From the IMG/VR virus record IMGVR_UViG_3300043395_000996, positions 1 through 64,000 of that record: a stretch of 64,000 nt of DNA; one strand, 5' to 3'. Origin of the DNA: a virus. Shown piece by piece: positions 1 to 6,954 of the stretch. The translations under genes were made by a program, and so were the position numbers. The notes beneath the pieces were generated by a model. The model was not told the origin of the DNA. It was given only the letters and a program-made list of their open reading frames with translations, and did no database searches. The stretch's first letter is position 1, and every line of letters starts with the position of its first letter.

Positions 1-20
1 AAAAATCCAAATACTTTTTT

Positions 21-476
21 TTAAATTTTTACTAAATGGTCTGCGCAATATGTTGCAATTGGTCCTAAAGTTTTATATCTCACTTTATATCCCATTCCTT
101 CTACCATACCAACTGCTTGCCTTAACACTTCATTTGATTTGTATCTTGGGTCTGGGTTAATATCAATATCAATCCATTTTACTTTTGGTAATCCAGCTGC
201 TTTCATTGCTTCAGCAACTTCTACTGCGTACCATACTTCATTTAACAATCTAATATTTCTTGTCCACTCTCTTTCGGTTTTCCATTTTTTATATACAACA
301 TGAGCACCTTTACCTTTATCATATAAAGCAACTACTATGGCATAAATTGTTTTATCTGAAAAGTTTTGTGAATCACAACCAATTAGTATTTCCGCATTTG
401 GTTTTTCTTTTAAGTATTCACCCACATATTCGATTAGGTCTACTTTCTTTCCATCATATAGCCGTTTGTATTCCAT
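21..476 (-). CDS. RNase H-like protein, YkuK/DUF458 family
   Basis: Motifs IGCDSQ, HVVY, RLLNEV, IDIDINP and G-Y-K..K typical of DUF458. Confidence 0.8.
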   Translation of the reverse strand: MEYKRLYDGKKVDLIEYVGEYLKEKPNAEILIGCDSQNFSDKTIYAIVVALYDKGKGAHVVYKKWKTEREWTRNIRLLNEVWYAVEVAEAMKAAGLPKVKWIDIDINPDPRYKSNEVLRQAVGMVEGMGYKVRYKTLGPIATYCADHLVKI

Positions 477-512
477 AGCCGTTTTATTTATATATTAACA
501 ATTTTGTTTTAG

Positions 513-586
513 TGTCCATAGTAGGATTCGAACCTACACAATCTGGTGTCTAAAGCCAGTGCGGTTGCCAATTACGCCATACGGAC
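513..586 (-). tRNA. tRNA-Leu(TAG), atypical short variable arm
   Basis: Acceptor GTCCGTA/TATGGAC, anticodon loop TT-TAG-AC, T-arm GTAGG-TTCGAAT-CCTAC, 5-nt variable loop. Confidence 0.8.
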
Positions 587-594
587 ATTTTCAG

Positions 595-684
595 TAGAGA
601 GTAAGAGGTTCGAACTCTTGCGCCGGTTTTATCCGACCTACCTCGTTAGCAATGAGGCCCCTTCACCAACTTGGGTAACTCTCT
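595..684 (-). tRNA. tRNA-Ser(GCT)
   Basis: Acceptor AGAGAGT/ACTCTCT, loop TT-GCT-AA, long variable arm, TTCGAAC T-loop. Confidence 0.92.
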
Positions 685-687
685 ATT

Positions 688-1341
688 TTATTTTTTTGGT
701 GTTCTTCCCAATTTCCATCCAGTAGGAACAATTCCCATCATTTTTATTTTTTTGTTTTGTTCACCATTTGTTATCCATTGAGAACCAAATTGAGAATTGT
801 ATTCTCCTTTTTGCTTTAATGAGTTAGCCAATCCTATTTTTAATTTAGTTTCTTCTTTATGTTGCTTTCCTGTCCAATTAGGTGCTGATAACTTACCTTC
901 TTTCCACAATTTAGTCAGAACATTTGACCCATTTTCTTTTAATTGTTTTGTTCTTTTTTCATTCCATTCTTTGTTGTTTTCTTTTAACCATTTTTGTCTT
1001 TGATTGGATTTTATTGCGTTTTGTTTTTGTTCCTCATTTGTAAATCCACGACCACCTTCTCCACCTACAATTAAATTCAAACATTCATTTTTAGCTATTT
1101 CATTCAAATTAACTATTTCTTTTTCTCTATTTTTTAATTCCTCCCGTGATGTACAAAATTCAATAATTTCAACAATATGATTTTCTTTACCATATTTGTT
1201 TATCGAATATCGTAATCTCTTTCCACTCCCGAGATAACCATCATTTAGATTATCAGTTGAATGCATTCCAATATAATATCTATTTGTTAATATATTGGTA
1301 GTTTTGTAAATAAAATGGTATTTTCTTTGTTTCCTTGCCAT
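688..1341 (-). mobile_element. Free-standing GIY-YIG (Seg-like) homing endonuclease with NUMOD3-type DNA-binding motif
   Basis: FIYKTTN...YYIGMH...YLGSG catalytic motif, conserved E (KEIV), C-terminal GKQHKEETKLKI motif; inserted between tRNA-His and tRNA-Ser. Confidence 0.88.
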
Positions 1342-1396
1342 ATTATATGTGTTTTATACATATAAATATAACAAAGTACAAAAAATAACCAAAGTG

Positions 1397-1468
1397 GGTG
1401 AATAATGGGATTCGAACCCATACTAACAGAACCACAATCTGTCGTGCTACCCTTACACAATAAACACC
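1397..1468 (-). tRNA. tRNA-His(GTG)
   Basis: G-1:C73, loop TT-GTG-GT, TTCGAAT; two U-U mismatches in acceptor stem. Confidence 0.85.
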
Positions 1469-1473
1469 ATATG

Positions 1474-1543
1474 TTGCGTGTATGAGGTTCGAACTCATTT
1501 GGCCATCCTTATGAGAGATAGCTATTTTCCACTAATCCACGCA
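1474..1543 (-). tRNA. Degenerate tRNA with CAT anticodon (Met or Ile2)
   Basis: Loop CT-CAT-AA, T-arm ATGAG-TTCGAAC-CTCAT, acceptor TGCGTG/CACGCA; D-arm non-canonical. Confidence 0.6.
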
Positions 1544-1548
1544 GTTTG

Positions 1549-1620
1549 AGGCAAGTATTGGAGTCGAACCAATGTAAGAGGTTTTGCAGACCTTCACCTA
1601 ACCACCTCGGCCAACCTGCC
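1549..1620 (-). tRNA. tRNA-Cys(GCA)
   Basis: Acceptor GGCAGGT/ACTTGCC, U73, loop CT-GCA-AA. Confidence 0.9.
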
Positions 1621-1626
1621 TTATTT

Positions 1627-1680
1627 TGTTCACTTTTTTTGTTTGTTCACGTTTTTGTGAACATTCTGAATTTGTGAACA
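1627..1680. repeat. Nested inverted repeat: TGTTCAC x2 followed by GTGAACA x2
   Basis: Boxes at 1627, 1644, 1657 and 1674 with symmetric 10/6/10-nt spacers. Confidence 0.85.
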
Positions 1681-1683
1681 TTG

Positions 1684-1755
1684 TAGTTCCATTAGGACTC
1701 GAACCCAAACTTCTTCATCCGTAGTGAAGGGTGCTATCCATTACACCATAGAACC
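1684..1755 (-). tRNA. tRNA-Arg(ACG)
   Basis: Stem CTTCA/TGAAG, loop CT-ACG-GA, TTCGAGT. Confidence 0.92.
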
Positions 1756-1761
1756 AATCAG

Positions 1762-1832
1762 CACGGGTAGTAGGATTCGAACCCACAACAACGGTTTTGG
1801 AGACCGGCATGATACCATTTCACTATACCCAT
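1762..1832 (-). tRNA. tRNA-Trp(CCA)
   Basis: Acceptor ATGGGTA/TACCCGT, G73, loop CT-CCA-AA. Confidence 0.9.
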
Positions 1833-1837
1833 GTATG

Positions 1838-1911
1838 TTGAAGTAGTGGGACTCGAACCTACAACCCCCGCCGTATCAGAGCGGTGCGCTAACCAATTGC
1901 GCCATACTTCA
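1838..1911 (-). tRNA. tRNA-Ile(GAT)
   Basis: Acceptor TGAAGTA/TACTTCA, loop CT-GAT-AC. Confidence 0.93.
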
Positions 1912-1916
1912 ATGTG

Positions 1917-1992
1917 TCGGAATAGCAGGATTCGAACCTGCGTGCTCTTCGTCCCAAACGAAGCGAGATAGACCGGACTCCTCTACATTCCG
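1917..1992 (-). tRNA. tRNA-Pro(TGG)
   Basis: C1-G72, A73, stem CTTCG/CGAAG, loop TT-TGG-GA. Confidence 0.93.
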
Positions 1993-2002
1993 ATAATTAA
2001 TG

Positions 2003-2075
2003 TGAACCCGTTGGGAATCGAACCCAAAACCCCTACATTAAAAGTGTAGTGCTCTACCAATTGAGCTACGAATTC
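2003..2075 (-). tRNA. tRNA-Lys(TTT)
   Basis: TAGCTCAATTGGTAGAGC D-arm, loop CT-TTT-AA. Confidence 0.93.
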
Positions 2076-2081
2076 ATATTG

Positions 2082-2155
2082 TGGAATTTGTGGAAATCGA
2101 ATCACACTCCTCTGGTTTTTCAGACCAGCGTACGCACCAGCTATACCAAAATTCC
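2082..2155 (-). tRNA. tRNA-Phe(GAA)
   Basis: Acceptor GGAATTT/AAATTCC, loop CT-GAA-AA; T-stem has a bulge and A53-U61. Confidence 0.85.
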
Positions 2156-2160
2156 GATTG

Positions 2161-2242
2161 TGCCTGCAGATGGACTCGAACCACCGAACTCAAATGAGAG
2201 CTGATTTACAGTCAGCCGCAATTGCCACTATGCGATACAGGC
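2161..2242 (-). tRNA. tRNA-Tyr(GTA)
   Basis: Loop CT-GTA-AA, long variable arm, acceptor GCCTGTA/TGCAGGC. Confidence 0.93.
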
Positions 2243-2250
2243 ATAAATTG

Positions 2251-2323
2251 TAGGAGATATAAGATTCGAACTTATGACCCCTTGGATGTAAACCAAGTGC
2301 TCTCACCGCTGAGCTAATCTCCT
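2251..2323 (-). tRNA. tRNA-Val(TAC)
   Basis: Acceptor AGGAGAT/ATCTCCT, loop TT-TAC-AT. Confidence 0.93.
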
Positions 2324-2326
2324 ATT

Positions 2327-2401
2327 TGGCGGGGATAGAAGGATTCGAACCTACAACCTACGGATTAACAGTCCGTTGCTCTACCATTGAGCTATATCCC
2401 C
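2327..2401 (-). tRNA. tRNA-Asn(GTT), CCA encoded
   Basis: Acceptor GGGGATA/TATCCCC, G73, CCA, loop CT-GTT-AA. Confidence 0.95.
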
Positions 2402-2440
2402 AAAACAAAAAACCCCCTAACTTTTTATCGTTAGAGGGTT
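2402..2440 (-). terminator. Intrinsic terminator directly upstream of the tRNA array (candidate attenuator)
   Basis: 11-bp stem AACCCUCUAAC/GUUAGGGGGUU, 8-nt loop, then UUUUGUUUU abutting tRNA-Asn. Confidence 0.85.
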
Positions 2441-2464
2441 CATGTATTACGTTGATTTTGCTTA

Positions 2465-2626
2465 TTATCCAACATCAGTATCCTCTAACTTATTAGTGCT
2501 AATATAATCCACCTTGCCTAAATTCAAGACTGCCGGATTAGCTATGGCACTAAACATACTAATCCCTGTCCACTCACATCTTTGTGTTGGCAGTTGATTG
2601 TTCGTATGTAAAGTTAAAGTTTTCAT
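2465..2626 (-). CDS. 53-aa putative leader peptide (MKTLTLH...EDTDVG)
   Basis: Second ATG of the tracked ORF; stop lies 24 nt before the terminator; last codons contain an 8-nt complement of the terminator 5' arm. Confidence 0.6.
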   Translation of the reverse strand: MKTLTLHTNNQLPTQRCEWTGISMFSAIANPAVLNLGKVDYISTNKLEDTDVG

Positions 2627-2651
2627 TGTTAATATATATCTAAAATTTAAA

Positions 2652-3736
2652 AAAAAGTAATTTGATTTCAAAATAAGCCATCCAAGTCATGCTCTGGTTA
2701 TTATCAGCCTCATCAAATTACCTTTGAGCGGTGCGAAGGTTTCGCTCCCCCTCCTCCTATCTGGAATGATAGGCGTGCTACTATTACACCAATACCGCTT
2801 ATAAAAATAAGGATGAGAATACTCCATATTGTGAACCAGCTTTCGAAAGATTATTGTTTCCTTTCTTTTCCACTTCCTTTTGAGAAGTACCAATTCAATG
2901 TGGGTTAGTTGAGCCAACCACTCTTAAAGTTTCAAACTACTCTCTTCCTACTTATTTTCTTCAACCCTGCCGAGCTGATTCACACTTGCGATGTTAGAAA
3001 CCTTTCAAAAGAATCACAGACCTCTTGCGGAGGTATCGTGGCAGGGAACAACTCCCTACTATGTACACACCTTTCATCTGAAACTGGTAAACACTTTTGC
3101 TTAATTTGATTTATAAGTTTGCACCATATAGCAAATTGAGTTTTGGTTTGTAGATGGATTCAGGTAGTGGTTTACCACAAGCTCCGTTATCTTTTGAACA
3201 ACAGAATACTATACTACCCGATGCGTTATCCCTAACGCCATACTTCAAGTCATCTTCATTAGAAGGGGTTGGTGCCCCACACTAAAGGATAGTAACGCCA
3301 CCACGCGTACACAGTCTTATCTTACGTCCTTTCGGATAGCTTGATGTTAAGACCACTTTGGTATTGAATCACGCAATAGTAAGGAGAGATTAAGTCCTTA
3401 TGTCTTACAATAATTCTATGAGTTATTCTTATTGTTGTTCCCAACTCAACTGAACAATCTACGTTTGCCCAGTCATTCCGGCTCTTCGATGATAGTGTTA
3501 CCCCCACCTACAAAGTCAGAATGATATCTCACTTGCCTACTCAAGCTCCATTTCTGAAACCGCAGAATGTTTAACCAAACATCCCACTTTATCCTACTTT
3601 CGTAGTTTATTTGACGACCATAGGCGGCCGTTGTTATACTATGTAGAACGAATCTACTATGTATAATCTTTTCAATAATTTAAAGAACTTTCCGTTTGGA
3701 TACCGAGTATCTTTCATCACCTATGAGTTCCAAACT
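2652..3736 (-). ncRNA. Large structured non-coding RNA (~1.1 kb), GOLLD-class candidate
   Basis: No credible ORF, GC higher than flanks, many hairpins incl. GNRA loops (CUAC-GAAA-GUAG, UCC-GAAA-GGA), promoter at 3742-3773, 14-bp 3' stem (2653-2666/2712-2725) plus U-tract; class assignment is inference. Confidence 0.6.
2727..2798 (-). tRNA. Non-canonical tRNA-Gly(TCC)-like element embedded in the large RNA
   Basis: G1-C72, C2-G71, G3-C70, U73 Gly identity; 8-nt anticodon loop CATTCCAG; T-loop AGCGAAA instead of TTCGAAT. Confidence 0.65.
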
Positions 3737-3741
3737 TTTAA

Positions 3742-3773
3742 CAAATATACGAAACTTTTTTCGTATTTCCTAA
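3742..3773 (-). promoter_or_regulatory. Bacteroidota-type sigma70 promoter for the large ncRNA
   Basis: TTAG-N20-TATATTTG; matches the known -33 TTTG / -7 TAnnTTTG consensus. Confidence 0.75.
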
Positions 3774-3800
3774 TCTTTTTTTATTTTTTTCAAAATGTTT

Positions 3801-3874
3801 TAGTGGTGTCCGGCTTTCTTCCCAACTGCGTTGGTCACACATTCGGTTTTATTAGATGTTGGCTTCAACCACTA
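3801..3874 (-). ncRNA. Small orphan structured RNA candidate
   Basis: Closing stem TAGTGGT/ACCACTA, internal CCAAC-GCA-GTTGG hairpin, own promoter at 3891-3922. Confidence 0.45.
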
Positions 3875-3890
3875 TCTCATTTTGTTATCA

Positions 3891-3922
3891 CAAATATACG
3901 AAAACATTTTCACATTTCCTAA
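3891..3922 (-). promoter_or_regulatory. Bacteroidota-type promoter
   Basis: TTAG-N20-TATATTTG. Confidence 0.7.
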
Positions 3923-3946
3923 TTTATTTGTAAATATTTTTTTTAG

Positions 3947-4019
<73 letters not shown>

Positions 4020-4062
4020 ATGTATTTTAAAGAACTTCTATATTGTTGTATTTATATATATA

Positions 4063-4094
4063 CAAATATACGGAAAAAAATTCAAAGTATCAAA
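4063..4094 (-). promoter_or_regulatory. Bacteroidota-type promoter upstream of tRNA-fMet
   Basis: TTTG-N20-TATATTTG. Confidence 0.75.
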
Positions 4095-5322
4095 TATATT
4101 TTATATTTTTTTTAAAAATATTTTGAAATTCGGGAATAAACATTGTATTAATTATATTTTGTTTATGTTCTATACTTTTAAATAATGCTTTATTGTATTC
4201 CAAAATTTCCAATACTTCTTTTGTGTTCCATTTTTCAGCCAACTCTTTTGCTACTGATACGATTTTATTCAACTTAATATCCACATTTTCTTCGAAATCA
4301 TAACTCTCGTCAATAATATCTCCAAAAGTTTTAAACCCCATTTGATGTAATCTATCTAAATGCCCGTTGGTTGCACTTATAACAAACGGAACTCCCATAT
4401 AAATTGGCTTCCACGTTTTTTCGGTTATATGTATTGTATCATCAAACCTATCATCATTTGTATAATCCAAAAATGTTTCAGTAACAATGTTTACTTTTGT
4501 TTTAAAGAATATATCAGTATTCAATTTATACAAATAATCATCGCTTTTTAAAATATCGTTTGTTTCTGCTAAATCATTTTCTAATACTATGGGTAATTTA
4601 TTCAATCCCATTGTATCAGCGTATTCATTTAAAGAATCATCTTTACTCAAAGCATACTTTGTATCAGATAATACTGATAAAATTGTATAAATACTTTTAT
4701 CCAATAAGCCATTATCAATTATTTCTTTGAATAATTTAAATTTATTCAATCCCAATCTTCTATTAAGAATAAGATAATCTTTTTCTTTTTCAAATTGCGT
4801 ATTAATTGGTTCTGGCAATTCAAATAATGTTGATACAAAAAAATGTGGAAAATGAAATGTATTCAAATTATAATCTCTGATTTTAACAACTTTATGCTTC
4901 ATTGAGATGCTATTGTTATAAATCATAGCTAATCTATTTTGCGAAATTTGCATTAATTTGAATTTTTCCAAAAAGAAAACCATTTCTGCGGTTATATAAA
5001 CATCCGCTTCCATCACATTATCTATTAGAAAATTAAAACCTTTTTCTGCTAAAATATGAACTATTTCAAAAAACTTTTTAGTAAATATAAATCCCTGCTT
5101 TCTATATAATGGTTTATCTATTGGTTCATTATATGAATCGGGTAGATATCTACTCCAATTAAAAATTAAAAAATTGGATTTTGATTCATCAATTGAATCA
5201 TAGTTAAATGTTTCATCTATTTCAATACGTGTAATATCATATCCCAATTTTTCCAAATCGGTAAGTACATTACTACCCTGAAATGTATAAAATACACATT
5301 TATTTAAATAACCAATTTTCAC
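4090..5322 (-). CDS. Hypothetical protein, C-terminal ITEKTWKP..PF..GF.TF..IDESYD domain (possibly GT10-like)
   Basis: 410 aa; C-terminal motif shared with 35664..36770. Confidence 0.6.
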   Translation of the reverse strand: MKIGYLNKCVFYTFQGSNVLTDLEKLGYDITRIEIDETFNYDSIDESKSNFLIFNWSRYLPDSYNEPIDKPLYRKQGFIFTKKFFEIVHILAEKGFNFLIDNVMEADVYITAEMVFFLEKFKLMQISQNRLAMIYNNSISMKHKVVKIRDYNLNTFHFPHFFVSTLFELPEPINTQFEKEKDYLILNRRLGLNKFKLFKEIIDNGLLDKSIYTILSVLSDTKYALSKDDSLNEYADTMGLNKLPIVLENDLAETNDILKSDDYLYKLNTDIFFKTKVNIVTETFLDYTNDDRFDDTIHITEKTWKPIYMGVPFVISATNGHLDRLHQMGFKTFGDIIDESYDFEENVDIKLNKIVSVAKELAEKWNTKEVLEILEYNKALFKSIEHKQNIINTMFIPEFQNIFKKNIKYI

Positions 5323-5327
5323 AAATT

Positions 5328-5792
5328 TTATTTTAATCTATATGATAGACCTGCTCCTAACGAAAATTCTGAACCTGTTACGTTAGCGATTAATAGTAAT
5401 TTCATGTCTTTACTATGTAATGGATTCCAGCCGATGAACCAATTTAGTTTGCTTCCTTCGATGGTTGGTTGAACACCTGCTCCCAATAACAATTTATTTG
5501 GTTGTAGTTGCTTTAATATACCGAATCTCATATCCTTCGATACAGTTCCATTTGCTCTATTTAGAATTTGCTTATCATTATAAGGAACTCCAGCGTATAA
5601 ACCCCATTCACCAACCATATAACCTGCGGTGATGTATCCATCTTGCTGTCTATTTGTTCCAAAGACGATTAATTCTTGCGGAGCCTGTTTTTTGATTCTA
5701 AAATAGGAATCAATTCTTTGCTCCAAACTTTGCCCAATTGCTGCAACTTTCACTCCCAAAAGTAATACAGCGGCTAACATTAACTTTTTCAT
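5328..5792 (-). CDS. Secreted small outer-membrane beta-barrel-like protein
   Basis: True start MKKLMLAAVLLLG (signal peptide); alternating beta-strand pattern; C-terminal LGAGLSYRLK. Confidence 0.65.
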   Translation of the reverse strand: MKKLMLAAVLLLGVKVAAIGQSLEQRIDSYFRIKKQAPQELIVFGTNRQQDGYITAGYMVGEWGLYAGVPYNDKQILNRANGTVSKDMRFGILKQLQPNKLLLGAGVQPTIEGSKLNWFIGWNPLHSKDMKLLLIANVTGSEFSLGAGLSYRLK

Positions 5793-5793
5793 A

Positions 5794-6173
5794 TGGTGGA
5801 GATGACGGGAATCGAACCCGTGTCCAAAAACGGAATGAATAAACCTCATTCACAAGCTTAGTTTGTTTTTCTTAACAAACAAAATAGATAAGTTTTTATA
5901 CATTTCATTATCATCAATGTTCCCCACTCTTATTTAGAGAGTCAGCGAGCCGTACTCTATTCGTTCACTTCTTTTTAAAGCCCCACGAGTGATGCGGGAG
6001 AGATTAGGCAGCTACTGCGTAATCAGCACCTACGAATGCCATAGCATCTTCGAAGGTCATTGTAGATAATTCTACTGCGTTTATTGTTCGATAGGTATTT
6101 ACGGATTTCCATCTAACCCGGCTTGCATCAATTGTACCCTTTCATCGTCTCTGTCAAATGCCAGAGCATCCCC
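5794..6173 (-). ncRNA. ssrA: tmRNA; tag (A)AVELSTMTFEDAMAFVGADYAVAA* at 6004-6078
   Basis: 5' GGGGATG...GGCATTTGAC, 3' GGTTCGATTCCCGTCATCTCCACCA, G3.U70 Ala identity, tag ends YAVAA. Confidence 0.93.
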
Positions 6174-6192
6174 TTATTTCAAATAACTTTCG

Positions 6193-6224
6193 TAAATATA
6201 TATAAAGTTTTTTAAACTTCCAAA
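6193..6224 (-). promoter_or_regulatory. Bacteroidota-type promoter for tmRNA
   Basis: TTTG-N20-TATATTTA. Confidence 0.7.
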
Positions 6225-6225
6225 T

Positions 6226-6954
6226 TTATTTTTTCAAAGCGTTCTTAACCAATGCGGTTGCTGCTTGTTTTACTTTATGGTCATCATCATATCTTAATGC
6301 TGATTTAACCTTAATCATTTTACCCGTATCAGGGTTCTTAACCATTTTGTCCAAAATTCCTTTAGGTAATAGTGATTTCAATTTCATATCACTATCATTT
6401 GATTTTGGTTCTACCTTATATGGTTCATCAGCTTTAGGTTCATCTTGTGGTTCAAATGTAAATACCTTACCACCTTTCATTTTAGAATAACCTTGTGCTA
6501 TTTTGCCAGGTGCGAACTTACCAATGTTAAATGCTTCGCCTGATTTAGAATCAATAAAGGTTGCTTCACCTTTTGCTTTAGTTGCTTCATCTGCAAACAA
6601 AACACTATCTTGCTGATACTTCTTACCCAAAGCCTGAATATGTTCTTTCGATATGTTTGGTATAAACAAAGATTTCTCTTCGGTTGGTACTTTCATATCA
6701 TCTGGACAATCTTTATATTCCGTATTTGGTTTTCTACATTCCTGCCACATACCATCAACATGAACAAATCCATAACCCATTTTACGCAAATCTGCTTCTA
6801 ATTGTTTATTTCTTTGTTTGTTTTCAGCTGATGTTAATTCGCCTCTACTTGCAGTTACTACTCCCCAATTTTTGATTTTAGGTTGTGAAACAACGTGTTG
6901 ATAAATTCTACCAATCGATGCTTCATCTAAATCGTATCTACCTGCCTTTATCAT
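6226..6954 (-). CDS. DUF3293-like phage protein with C-terminal KNPDTG module
   Basis: WGVVTASR...N..RN..LE.DL...GYGF..V.G motif; C-terminus shared with 43752..44591. Confidence 0.6.
   Translation of the reverse strand: MIKAGRYDLDEASIGRIYQHVVSQPKIKNWGVVTASRGELTSAENKQRNKQLEADLRKMGYGFVHVDGMWQECRKPNTEYKDCPDDMKVPTEEKSLFIPNISKEHIQALGKKYQQDSVLFADEATKAKGEATFIDSKSGEAFNIGKFAPGKIAQGYSKMKGGKVFTFEPQDEPKADEPYKVEPKSNDSDMKLKSLLPKGILDKMVKNPDTGKMIKVKSALRYDDDHKVKQAATALVKNALKK

Noticed and set aside
513-586. Ochre suppressor reading (anticodon TTA) of the first tRNA
   Set aside because: The anticodon stem only pairs with the loop TT-TAG-AC; the TTA register breaks the stem.
2687-3507. Tracked ORFs 2687..2917, 2909..3109 and 3322..3507
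   Set aside because: They are short, have no motifs and overlap the tRNA-Gly-like element and the hairpin-dense ncRNA.
2652-3874. RNase P RNA, rRNA or group I intron identity for the large RNA
   Set aside because: A CR-I-like string near 3805-3822 and AUGGCUUA near 2675 are about 1.1 kb apart with a promoter between them. I recognised no rRNA universal motifs and no interrupted host gene.
5793-5849. N-terminal extension MRFIHSVFGHG... of ORF 5328..5849
   Set aside because: It overlaps the tmRNA T-arm and acceptor; the signal peptide begins at MKKL (5792).
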